Shown: positions 50,352 through 63,793, counted from the stretch's first letter. The stretch: DNA of 64,000 nucleotides from Dimorphilus gyrociliatus (GCA_904063045.1 CAJFCJ010000002.1:1572422-1636421); one strand, 5' to 3'. A program made the numbers and translations. Notes: generated by a model from the letters alone, not told the origin.

Positions 50352-52361
50352 ATGGAGGCCAGAACTTTTCACTGGGTGGATTACCTAGTTTTTGCCATAT
50401 CGCTATCAATATCAACATGCATAGGCTTATATTATGGATGTATAGGTGATAAACAAGCAACAACCTTTAACTACTTGCTGGGCAACAAAAGTTTAAGAAT
50501 CATTCCGGTGGCTTTATCCCTGCAAGCATCATTCTTATCGGCGATATTTGTCCTGGGAACCGCTGCCGAAATTATGATTCACGGGACAATGTTTAGCTAC
50601 ATCGCTATTGCTTATCTTATAGCATTTCCTTTGGCTGCACACTTTTTCGTTCCAGTATTTCATCGTTGCAATATAGTTAGCTGCTACGAGTATCTTCAAC
50701 TTCGATTTTCAAAAAGTGTCAGGAGATTAGGATCTGCAATTTTCGTTCTAATGATGGTTCTCTATATGGGAGTTGTTTTGTATGCTCCTGCTCTTGCTTT
50801 AAGTCAAGTCAGCGGTCTTTCCATGTTATTATCGTTGCTTGGCATTGGATTAATTTGTACCTTTTACACATCTCTTGGAGGTATGAAGGCTGTTGTTTTC
50901 ACTGATGCCTTTCAGATGATTGTAATACTGTTGGCTCTAATTACTTTATTGATCAAAGCATTATTTGACGTGGGAGGTGTATCAAAAGTTTTTGATATAG
51001 CCAAGGATGGAGGACGTATTCAATTTTCCGAATTCTCTGCCGATTCAACAGTCAGACACTCTTTTTGGACTCAGGTTATCGGGGGATCATTAATGACATT
51101 GTCACTTTACGGAGCTAATCAAGCAATGATTCAACGTTATGCTAGCTTGCCTAATGCAAAAAAAGCGCAAGGGGCAGTTTATTTCGCGATGGTTAGCCAA
51201 ATTGTGTTCTTGATTCTGGTTGTATTTATTGGAATCGTTATGTACGCCTTCTACTCCAGCTGCGATCCCATCAAAGCTGGAAGAATTAAGCACAAGGATC
51301 AATTGGTTCCTCTATTTGTAATGGACATCTTAGGCGAGTTTCATGGATTACCGGGGCTTTTTACTTCCGCCATTTTTAGTGCTGCTCTCAGCACTGTTTC
51401 CTCAGGAGTGAATTCGTTAGCGGCTGTTGTTCTCGAAGATTTCGCCAAACCAGTTTTCAAATGGAGACGAACATTCAATATGACTGATAAAAATGCCACA
51501 TACCTGTCAAAAATTATTGCCGTTTTCTTTGGACTTTTAACAATTGGAGTAGCATACTTAACGAAATTATTAGGAAATATGGTTTTACAAATATCTCTAA
51601 GTGTTTTTGGTCTTGTTGGAGGTCCTTTATTAGGCGTTTTTTTCTGTGGGATCTTCTTACCATTTGTTGAATATTTAGGTGCGCTTTTTGGGCTGGGTTG
51701 TAGTTTAATTGTTTTAATCATTCTTCAAACTGGATCTATCATCCATAAATTTCCTGTAACGCCTTTACCAGCTAATATTAGCGGATGTATAAATGCAACC
51801 GTGCTATATGTCGGTGACATGTCAACGAAGAATACCTCCGAAATTACATCATATAATATCTTTAAAACTTCATATATGTGGTATACTCCAATTGGTTGTC
51901 TTGTTTGCATCCTTGCTGCATCTACAGTGAGTTGGATTCGAAGTGAGTTAATATTAATCTTTAAGTTATACTCAAAATTGAATCTATTAAACAATTATAA
52001 CTTCTTTCAGTCTGTATAACAAAAGAAAAACAATTTATCGACCCAAATTTAACATACGAATGGCCTGATATTTCGTCTAAAATTTTACCAAAATTCTTTA
52101 AAATCAATCCGTCGAACAATGACGAAAATCGAAAGTCATGCAGAACTAATAATCCAGAAAAGGTAGATACATATTAAATCATATCTTTTAAATAATCTAA
52201 TCTAATAATCTTTTAATATAATCTATCTCTAGGATACTGAAGAAAGTTACAAAGGAAAAGAATCTCATAAACAAGTTTTATTAAAGAATAGTCAGTCAAA
52301 TACTGATAGTTATAAAATGAAGTTGATGAATTCAGAAGTAACAAGAGTTAACTCTGTTTGA
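50352..52361 (+). CDS. SLC5 sodium:solute symporter, SMVT/SMCT/NIS-like (SLC5A5/6/8/12 group)
   Basis: Exons 50352-51942, 52011-52162, 52233-52361. Multi-TM protein with PVALSLQASFLSA, YTSLGGMKAVVFTDAFQ, YGANQAMIQRY and SAALSTVSSGVNSLAAV. The specific orthologue cannot be resolved by eye. Confidence 0.92.
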
Positions 52362-52774
52362 AGTTTGTTGCTTTAGGAATTTGAATCTTGTGCAGTTGTA
52401 TTTCTGACTTTATTATTTGTTTTAATTACACTGACGGATACAGCTAGCAGCTGCATTTGGAGTATTTGTACTGTTAAATTATGTAAATGTCATGATTTGT
52501 ATCAATTAGACGTTCGAGCTTCACTTTGCCAATTTCATCTAAACATATCATAAATAAGAATGATAGCTAATATCTCAAAGAGGTGCCAATTTTTAATATC
52601 AAATTCAGTTACGGGTCAAATTTAATAGAAAGCTTTTCGGAAATTAATCAATATTACTGTTTTCATGTGTTCATTTCTATTCTATATTCCAACAAAATAA
52701 AGCATAACGACCTATCACATATTTATTTAATTTCTAATTAATTAAATAAATTTGTCATTCGTATACTATTCATC

Positions 52775-54187
52775 TTACATTTTATGCAAATATTCCCCAA
52801 AACACAAAGATGCGTTAGTACCCCCAAAACCAAACGAATTTGTAAGGGAAATGCGTCTTTTCTTGCTTTTCCAGTCTCTTGCTTTTAAACCAACTATATC
52901 TAAGTTCTCTAAACCTTCAGCGACATTATCACAATTTAAATTCGGTGGTATGATTTCTTCAAAGCAAGCTAAAATAGAGAAAATTGCTTCAACGCTTCCA
53001 GCAGCACCTAACAAATGTCCGACAGAACCTTTAGTTGAAGAAACAGCAACATCGGAGCCGAACAGCTTTAAAATAGCTCCTCCTTCTGCCTCATCTCCTA
53101 GAGGAGTAGACGTGGCATGTGCATTTACGTAGCCTACATCACGTCTTCGAGCTTTCGCGTCATCTAAAGCTGCTCTCATGCAACGCAGTGCACCATCACC
53201 ATTTACTGACGGTGCAGTTATATGGCCAGCATCTGAAGAAAGCCCATAGCCTAAAACTTCCGCATAAATAGTTGCACCACGACTTAAAGCTCTATTTAAC
53301 TCTTCCAAAATCACTATACCGCATCCCTCTGACATAACAAAACCGTCCCGATTCTTATCAAAAGGCCTTGATGCTTGAGTGGGGTTATCATTATAATTTG
53401 TAGTGAGGGCACGCATTCGGCTAAAACTATAAAAGTAACATTAAAAGTCATGACGATTAATGATAATATACGGGCTCATTACCCTGCAACAGATAGAGGC
53501 GTTATTTGACTCTCTGTGGATCCAGCAATCATAACATCTGCATCTCCATATCTGATAAAGCGGAAAGCATCTCCAATCGAATGAGCTCCCGTTGTGCAAG
53601 CTGTTGATACAGTATGGTTTGGACCTCTAAAGCCATTAATAATGCTTAAATGGCCAGCTGACATATTAGCCAAAACTTTGGTAAAAAAATGAGGATTCAC
53701 TCCTCGATATTTGTTTTCAGACATAAGTTTGCATGTGTCACCTATCAAATCCATATCAACCAAACCGATTCCTAAGCATACGCCTGCTCTTAACTTCTCT
53801 TCATCAGACATTGAACTCAAACCAGCGTCTCTTAGGGCTTGGGAAGATGCAATTACTGCATAATGAGTTGCCGTTGTCATATTTCTCTGCTGGGCTTTAG
53901 ATAGATATTCATCAATTACAATTTCATCCCTGGGTACATGAGCAGCAATTTTACATGGTATAGTATCATATTTCTCAACTAAAAAAAGAAAAGTAATTTT
54001 ATGACTTTTAAAAGCTATTAAATAATAACTAACTATCTCGTATTTTTGTGATTCCACATTCCCCTCTTTTCAGTCTCTTCCAAGTATTATTTACACCCAC
54101 TCCCAAACAAGTAACTAATCCTAAACCAGTAACAGCCACGCGACGCCCATTACTAAAGTGTCTAATATGTGATTTAATAGAAATCAT
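52775..54187 (-). CDS. OXSM: Mitochondrial 3-oxoacyl-ACP synthase (FabF-like)
   Basis: Exons 54187-54034, 53978-53483, 53426-52775. Short presequence [16 protein letters not shown], then [10 protein letters not shown], catalytic [29 protein letters not shown] and [12 protein letters not shown]. Confidence 0.95.
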
Positions 54188-54707
54188 TTCGGGAATATTT
54201 CTCCCTCAAGCGAAGAAATTTTCTGCCGAAATTCTTCCAAAGCAACTTTGGACGGTGCACTGTTTATCGACAAATCTTCAGATATTTGGACAAATAAAGT
54301 CCTCAAATCGCAATGGAGTTTATCTAGTGTTTCAATGCGTTCCGTAATATCCACGGTTTGGTCAAGAGATGCTACTAAGCTAAAAAAAATATATATAGTA
54401 ATATGAGATATAATCGGTTGCAAAAAGTTTCTTTTACGTCAAATGCCCTTTAAGCTGTCCGATACGTCGGAAAAATTCTGCTGACTGAACGAAACCAGCT
54501 TCAAAGCCTTCTTGAGTGTTACTATTTTGCCCTTCTTCAAATCCTGATCTAAATCCGTCCTAATTTGTGTTTCCAATATTAAAGAATCACACGAAAATTA
54601 TATATAATAGTTACCTTAACGTGCTGATTTCGTAACTTTTCCCAGTCTTTATTTGCTATGTCCAATGAATTATCAGCACTATCGCTGTCTTCTAATAATT
54701 CACTCAT
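54184..54707 (-). CDS. YAE1: Yae1 maturation factor of ABCE1
   Basis: Exons 54707-54615, 54559-54438, 54379-54184 (136 aa; introns 55 and 58 nt). [34 protein letters not shown]...IGQLKGHL fits the Yae1_N deca-GX3 repeat. Lto1 carries a related repeat, but the [13 protein letters not shown] pattern favours YAE1. Confidence 0.8.
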
Positions 54708-55538
54708 AACATGAATATAAATCAAACTAGATTTCAATGCAACTTTTCATGTGTTCTCTTAAATATTTCACACAGTAGAATAATCAAAATCTGGATGAGT
54801 TTCGCTTATTAAATATTTTTGGTACATTTAGCTCGCCTGCCGGGTGACCAGTTTAAACTGTATCATCTTAAGAACTATACAATCTATATTACATTTGATA
54901 CCATATAAAACAAAAAAGCTTATAATAAATAATATTTTATAAATAAACAGAAAAAATGAAATAAACTAAATTATTATTAATCATTAAATGAACTTTGTTG
55001 AACAACTTTCTCTCGATACTGAGAATATGGTAAAGACAAATTAAAGATATGAATGAAAACTTCAACTGTTCTTTTTTAAAATATGTAAGGTTCTTTCAAA
55101 AGTGTTTGGGCAACTATCTTTCTAAAATAGAGTTACATTGGTTCAAGTAATACAAAAGTAATAATAACTCAATCTAGTAAAACTTTTGCAATTTCTTCTT
55201 TTACAGCACTCGTATAAGTCGTTTACAACTATATTGAAGTGTTTATAAAAACACTTATTAATAGTTATATAAAAAAAATAAGTAAACAATAACTGAATAA
55301 GATTTTTACCTTAAACAGCTACGTGAAATAAGGTAAAACAAACGATTCTACAACCTATGTAAATCCCTGTACAATGAACAGTAGTTCGTCTCCAACTGAT
55401 ACTCAAATAATTCATAAGTGTATGATAACATTTGTCATTTTTGCAGTACTCGTTTCAAATTTCGAGAATCAGATGACATCTACTAATAAACTTGCCCATA
55501 TACTATTCAATCGTTATTAAAAGTATTGCTATTATGTT

Positions 55539-56230
55539 TTATTTATTCTCTAATAATTTGCTATTTTTAGAGTTCAATTTCTTTAATTGATTTTCATCTT
55601 TTGACTTAGAATCATCTTCTGGTACGTACAGATCAAGAGCTCTAAAATATAACAATATATTTCTAACAACGTTTTCATCTAGTTTGTACTCTTTGGCAAT
55701 AGATTCAGCTGAATGCTTTACAGGATCGGTAGAGTGAAGACTGATAAATTGGACAGCTTGCTTAAGTGTACACTTCCCTTCTCTGACTTTTACTGGAGCA
55801 ATAAAACCAAATTCTGGATCGGTATGCCGACGACGATCCTGGGGGAGGCCAGGTTTTGCTGCTGTAATCTAGAGAAATTGCTAATATATAGTAAAGCCTA
55901 TTAGAAACTATAGTGGATGGTATTTACCTCAGGCATTTTTTCTGGTTCAACTACCAACCCATGCAGCATTTGATGAAGATTTTCGTTCTTTTCAATTGAG
56001 GATTTTGTAAATTCTTGATCTACAATTATTATGTTATAAACAAATTTCTCGTACAAATACAAGTTGTATTAAATACCTATTTCGGCCAGCCGATTATTTT
56101 CTTTACTACTTTGATGCCTTGGAGCAGCTATAGGTTTATCCTTATGCTTTTCGATAACTTTATGAGCACGGTTTTCAACATTCCAATTTTTAACCGATCT
56201 CCTTGTTATTTTTCCAATTGTTGAACCCAT
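55539..56230 (-). CDS. NDUFAF4: Complex I assembly factor NDUFAF4
   Basis: Exons 56230-56077, 56019-55928, 55868-55539. MGSTIGKITRRSVKNWNVENRAHKVI..APRH, then EGKCTLKQA, SAESIAKEYKLDENVVRNILLYF, matching the NDUFAF4 pattern as recalled. Confidence 0.85.
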
Positions 56231-56355
56231 TTTTTACAAGTCTGTATTTATTAAACTTTTCTAATTTTTCCTCACGAGTAAATGGTCAAGGTCATGCGGT
56301 GAGAAAGAGTAAAATATTCAGATTTTTTGAGAATAGTGAAAAAAAACCTAATAGT
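56231..56355. promoter_or_regulatory. Candidate bidirectional promoter between NDUFAF4 and the Gag-derived gene
   Basis: 125 nt between divergent ATGs (56230 minus, 56356 plus). Depends on the proposed first exon. Confidence 0.45.
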
Positions 56356-57863
56356 ATGGTTCTGAATTGGAATATTATTATAGGTGGCGCATTTTTTCCC
56401 ACGGTTTGTCATCCATCGAGAGATTTGAAAAGAAAAGTATAGCCTTAAATTGATAAACAGTTATTGAGCATTACTCAAGTAAAATTTCAGGAAATTGTAA
56501 AAGTAATTTGACAAGTTGGTTTTCACAAATTATTCTGTACGTTTTCAGAACTTTTCAAAAGTCCAAGATGGAATATATAACAAAATGAATTGTACACTTT
56601 CCAAAAATTTAGATTTCTATTGTGTATTATACTCTATTTTCAGATCAAATGGGCCGAATTAACGATTATTTTGAAAGGAAATTACAGCTTAAGAATGTTT
56701 TCTATCGCAAGAACGGTGAAAATAACGGCCATAACTTTGGCACCTCGAAAAATCTAGACAACCCCTTTAACACAAGTGAGATACTGAAAGACGCAGATTT
56801 AATAAAGAATTTAATTGGTCACTGGAGTAATAAGGATAGCACTATTCCTTGGGAGAATTGGTGGTGGAAGTTTAGATTTTTTGTTCAGGAATACGAAGAA
56901 GAAGAGAAACAAAAGTTATTTCTTTTTATGTCATTAAAGGACGAGGCAGCAGAACAAACTTTAACATTTATCAAAAGAGGCTTTTCCATGGAGAGAATTG
57001 AATATGAGTTCGGGAAATTATACGGAACTTCTAAATTAAAAACTTCTATTAAAGAAGAACTTTTGAAGAGAAAGTGGAACAAGCAAAGTGAATCTTTTGA
57101 AGATGTGTGTAAAGAGATTTCTGAAAAGGTAGACTTAGCTTATCCACTGTCCACAGAGGAAAAAAAAATTGCTAAAAAGATAAAATACGCTTTGGCAGCC
57201 CAAAATGAAATGTTGGTTAAAGTGAATGTAACAGATTGGGAACAATTTCTTAATTTCGCCAAAGTAATTGATCAGAATCGAAAACACAAAGAGAACATAA
57301 TCGATCTTAAAGAGTATTCTCCACTACCACTTTTGTGGAAAGAACCGCCTATTCCATCTACAAATTTGAATGAATTAACTGATCATGATCATAGCAAAAC
57401 ATCAAGAGTCTTTTTATTTAAAACTGGAGATGTTAGGGAAAAAACTGAAAATTCTAAGAATCTGGGTGGTTTGTCACGTACGAAAGGAATTACGCCATAC
57501 AGTTTTACAGTTACAGCTCAAATTAATAATGTGAATTTTATTGCTGTGATAAGTTCGGCTACCCAACATTCTCTCTTAGCCAAAAATATTACTAGTAAAC
57601 TGTCTTTAAGTAATAAAACATATTCTTCGGCTGCGATTGAGAAAATAAATGATGACAGAGCAAAATTTAATATTCAGATTGGAGATTTTCTTGGTGAAAT
57701 GGAATTTAAAATAATCGATTCCACTCGAAATGATGCAATAATAGGAATCGATATGCTTGTAAGATATGATGCAAGAATATCCTTTAATTCAAGTTTACTA
57801 TTGCTAAGGAAAGAGGGTAAAGATTATGATATAAAAATGTATATTATTTATGAATTACTCTAA
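56356..57863 (+). CDS. Ty3/gypsy retrotransposon-derived Gag capsid plus catalytically dead retropepsin; probably domesticated
   Basis: Main exon 56644-57863 is fully open. Capsid-like helices: WENWWWKFRFF, LFMSLKDEAAE, EFGKLYG, ESFEDVCKEISEKVDLAYP. Retropepsin fold: FTVTAQINNVNFIAVISSATQHSLL...DAIIGIDMLVRYDARISF. Proposed 5' exons 56356-56403, 56461-56502 (or 56478) and 56549-56591 are phase-compatible (about 450 aa). No pol or LTR. Confidence 0.75.
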
Positions 57864-58320
57864 GAAATGAACTTTTAGATATATTATAATAATGTATAAA
57901 TATATCAACTTAAAGAACTTCAACTAACTTACTATTGACAGCTACTTTAACATTGTTAATTGGATTTAGTCTTCCATTTTACCTTGTATAACTGTTTGAA
58001 TGTTTTATAAATAATCAAAAACAAATCTGAAACTTATGCTATTTAGCGAGAAAACTGGTATTAAATCATATAAGTATCATAGTTTTATTGATTTGAAAGA
58101 AATGCTTTTGATTTATGTTTTATAATTGAGAAATAATAGGAAAATTCTCTTCAAATAAAATATCTATCAATTTATTTCGAACTAAAAATTGAAGTAAGTG
58201 AAATATAAAACAGCCTGGTGCCCCTTTCCTGCCGGTTAAGGAATTCGTTATTGATACTACATGAATCGTGTATACCTTTTAATTCGAAAGCAATACCGGT
58301 AATACAGACTATGTTTAAGA

Positions 58321-60167
58321 ATGACCGATAGATCGTGTCGTTTCTCTGAATCAAAAATAGTATTTCACCCGTTTGAGTCTAAAGAAACCATTAAATCACT
58401 TGATACAATATTGCAACTATTAACCTGTTGTTTTGGGCCTTATTCTCGATTGAATGCATTTCAAAATGTAAATGGCGGTAAAGTTACTTTAACATCTTCA
58501 TTAGCTAGAACTTTAAAGCTTATAAGTATTGCCAGACCGGAAATTAGAGTTTTAACATCAATCTTAAATGGTTATTGCAATACATACAAAGAAGGAGGAC
58601 ACTTTGCTGGAATTCTTAGCATCCAATTGATTAAATCATGTTTGCAATTGAGAAAAGAAATTCATCCAAAATTGATATGCGACGTTCTAGAACTTCTTAA
58701 CGTAGAGTGTTCATCATACTTAAAATCTGAAATATGTAAAACAAAACGAAAGTTGGACTTAACTTCAATATCGCACTTTAAAAATGTTATTAACAGTATT
58801 TTACTAACAAAACCTTTAGTAAAATCCTATGCTGATCGTCTCTCTACAATATTATTAGAAGCTTTCATTAAAACGTTAGATGATTCTCAAAATTTGATAT
58901 TTGCCACTGAAAGAGGGCTGTTAAAGGATTCCAGATTGTTAAATGGTTTATACATTAGATATCATGGATGTAATAAATTCGAAGGGAGTTTAGATGGAAA
59001 AATTGTTATTTTCAACGAATCAATGAGTGGAGACGACTTTTCACAAAATTTTCAAACATTAAAGTAAATAAGTATCATAAAAAATAAAGATATATAATAA
59101 ATTGATTAAACTAAACTACAGGTTAATTAAAACATCTGATAAGGATACTAATTTCCCCATGCTTAACAAGATGCTTTTGTTTGTAGCTCACTTAAAAGAG
59201 ATGGATATCAAAGCCCTATTTTGTCAGAAAGTTATTCATCCTTTTGTTAAGAGAAGGTTTGTTAAAGCCTTTCGAGTTTTTTTCATTAATAACATATTAA
59301 GAGTTAAAATAGACTTATAGAAAAAGGCATTTTCTTTGTTGAGAGAATCGGTATAGAAATGACGAACTCGTTAAGTAAATTAACTGGTAAAATATTCTTA
59401 TAATCGTTTACTATAAAGGTGATGCAAATTTTTGGTAAAATTATAGGTGCAAAACTGATAAGTTCGTTCGAAACTTCCTATCTTGAAGAAGAAGATTTTG
59501 GAATTGGTAGTATATCTTTCGAAGAAATAAATCATAAATTTTATTTAACAATAAAATGTACGAAAAGTAGTATTCATACTTTTCTATTGATAACCAACGA
59601 CGATGACGAAGAAGATGAAATCTTAGTAATATTTATCATATTTATTTTTAAGTTAATATCTAACGAATCCTTTTTATCAGACTCTTCTAAAAAATGGAGA
59701 CTTTTGTTTGAGAACCTTGCTGCAAGTTCCTTTCGTTTTATGTGGAGGCGGTTGCTGGTTAGGCGATCTACATAATTTTTTAAATGAGAAGGTAACTTCT
59801 TACTTCAAAATCTTAATACTATTATTATAATAATGCTATATTAAAGGCTAGAAGCAATTTTAAAGAATGGTCTTTGAAGCTTAATTGCAAAGCGCAGCAT
59901 CTACAAATTATTGCCAATATATTGTCTGATAATTTGAAGAGAATGATATATATTCTTCATAAGACTCAAAAGAATTATATAGATGTAAGAATTAACGATG
60001 GTCACGTATTCTTAGACGAGAACAAGAGTTGTTGTTGCTCGAATTCAACAAACACTTCAGGTATCGTTCTTGATTGCTTGCATATAGTTGAAAATAGTCT
60101 AAAGTGTGCTATAAACATGTGCAATTTACTCATTTCAACAAATTTTTTCATTGAGGGACAAGTTTGA
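58321..60167 (+). CDS. MKKS: McKusick-Kaufman/BBS6 chaperonin-like protein
   Basis: Exons 58321-59063, 59122-59256, 59313-59386, 59447-59625, 59681-59791, 59847-60167. Contains CCFGPYSRL, SSYLKSEIC, SILLTKP, LFCQKVIHP, ERIG, VLCGGGCW and VLDCL. Confidence 0.88.
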
Positions 60168-61098
60168 TTTTAATTTATCTTCTTTTATGTTTTTTGTCAT
60201 TTGAAATAAACAGCGTTTAATAAAATTTCGTAAACATTTTATTACGTATATTATACAGCTTTGCTGTATATAGTAAGCATAAATATTTAACGATTTCTTT
60301 TATATCAATTGTTTACATTGTATATAGAAATTGACGGAACGATGAAAGATTATAATACCAGAGACGAGGAGAAGAGCTGCAGTTAGTTACATAGGGGATA
60401 ACATTCATATTAACAATAACAGTTATGATTTTTGATCTCAAAGTCAATAGACAATTCTGATTTTGTTGCAGAGATATAAAAATTTATTATTGTTCTTTTA
60501 AACTCTAGTTTCCAGATTGCCTTGAATTCGTATGGCCTTCAGAGCATTTACTGGTAAGGAATATTTTTGTCTGAAATAAATTTCAAAGGTATTTTACGAT
60601 TCTTTCCTAATGATGAAATAAACATTATGAAACAACTTCCTTTATTTCATGCTAAAAATCGAACGCATATTAAATAAAAAATGTTACAAAAGTTTGTTGC
60701 TAAGGGACCATCTCATGCTTTTTAGTTACAAAATACAGAGCGAAAAGAAAAAGAGCCAGATAGCCAGAATCTGTAAATAAGTAATACAAATGGGTGGAAA
60801 GGAGCAGGGAAAAGAAAACAAATGGAAATTAGAAGAAAGACTAGTATTGATTTTATCACAATGTTAACACAACTTTATAAGATCACATTTGGATAACATT
60901 CAACTTATTTTCAGCATATTTACGTATATACGCATACAACTGATGGTAGGACGACGTATTTCTTAGGTGTGTTTCATTCCATAGGATTATTTAATAAATG
61001 CGAAAAAAATGGGATATAAAAGGTATAATTTTGGAATATGAAACTAATAATGAATACGAAAATATAAAACATCTTTTTACTACTCTTACTCATTCTTA

Positions 61099-62152
<1,054 letters not shown>

Positions 62153-63328
62153 TATAGCTATGACTGCTCTGCAAAACGGTAGATAATTTTTTGTCGTCTG
62201 CTACCAACAACAGTTTTCGTAAAAGATGTTGAAATTTCGACAAAACCCGTTATTGATTTTAGAGAGTGTAGCATAAACTTGAAATCTCTTTTAAAAACGA
62301 ACAAAAAACCCAGCAAAATAATAATCTTAATTACATTGTTTATAGAATTTTAAATAATTGACATTCGTATTCGATTGATGTTAAAATTGAAAAGAAAAGA
62401 GAAAAAATCAATTTCTTTCGATAGAAATTGTACTTTTCTTTCATTCAAAAATATACTATACTTGTTTATATTTTCTTATTGTAACAATAGGATTTTAGAT
62501 GAATATCATCAATAATACAATTTATAATAGGAAAAAATTGAGAGATAATACATTCAAAAAGAGATTAGATTTATTATGTATTCTATTTATATGATATTTA
62601 TAATGATAATATTGGAGTTATCTTGAAATTTTTTAAGTAGTTGCATGTAAATAAAGTTTAGATTATTAGAATCTACAATAAAAGAAAGAAATATAACAAA
62701 TGTACTAAAACAGGTTAATAAGGACGAAAGCATCCTATTTCGTTAATACAGCGCATCTAGCGCTTGATATAGAGTTAATTATTAAAACATAATATTTTAA
62801 ATATATTTTTATCTGATGTTAAATGTGTATAACAGCATATAAAATATCAACTATTAGGGAACACTATACTTCTAGCTATAAACTTAAAGATAGACGGGAA
62901 GATGGGAAAAAACAACATCAGAATACAAATTTTTTATATATTACACCTTGTTTGTTTGGATTGTTTGCTTCTTTTTTCCATTTCTATTTATATTCATATA
63001 GATTGTTTTCTACATTGTATTCGTTATTAATTATATTGTAGTATATGAATGTATAAAGCCAAATAAGTATCAGCAGAGTTAATATGTTGTGTCAAAAAAA
63101 AGTCGAAAGAAGTAAGAATAAACGTCTTTTAAACGAAAGTAAAGGATTTCATTAAGTTGCCTTTAGACGTTTTACGATGCTTTATTAACATTTAAGAAAG
63201 TATATTACAGTCTCTATTCACATATTGTTAATTTCTTAGCTAAAAAACTACTCTGGAGTGTTCTTTATAAGCTCTTATTCCTTAGAATGTTATCTTACTA
63301 ATCTATAATTACAATATTTTATGTATAT

Positions 63329-63332
<4 letters not shown>

Positions 63333-63366
<34 letters not shown>
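63333..63366. repeat. (TA)n microsatellite
   Basis: Direct reading. Confidence 0.9.
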
Positions 63367-63369
<3 letters not shown>

Positions 63370-63793
63370 TGATCAACGTATTCCACATATTTATTTATAT
63401 TCCTAATTATACACTAACCATAAATATTGACCTTACTAAATTTATTAATATTAAATATTGACTTATTTACCATATTACTTTAAAAATATGCTATATCCTT
63501 AAACACTTTCAATATTAGTAAGATTTTCGAATAGCATATTATATCAATACTAGATATTTTACATTCTGAAGACAGTAATATTTATCTAACTAAGAATTTT
63601 ATCTTCCTCTTTGATTTAGTATTTATGTATATAAATACAATTGTATGCTTTATTTATTAACAGTTTATTATATTTACGTTAAGTAATATTTTTATAAAAC
63701 TGTAAATCAATAAAAAGGTTATAACTTTGACTATAAAGAAACTTTTTTGGGTCGAAAATGATAATATTTAGAAGAAACTAAAGGATTCCTTAC

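Noticed and set aside
51102-51994. Antisense ORFs inside the SLC5 exon (and 52752-53132 opposite OXSM)
   Set aside because: Antisense shadows of real coding sequence.
56231-58320. Active or intact LTR retrotransposon around the Gag ORF
   Set aside because: No RT, RNase H or integrase sequence, no flanking direct repeats seen, and host genes lie immediately on both sides.
60328-60776. Small plus-strand spliced gene between MKKS and NMNAT (MKDYNTRDEEKSC...CLEFVWPSEHLL...)
   Set aside because: The best model gives only about 43 aa with no recognisable motif, and other splice choices hit stops; cannot be supported without RNA data.
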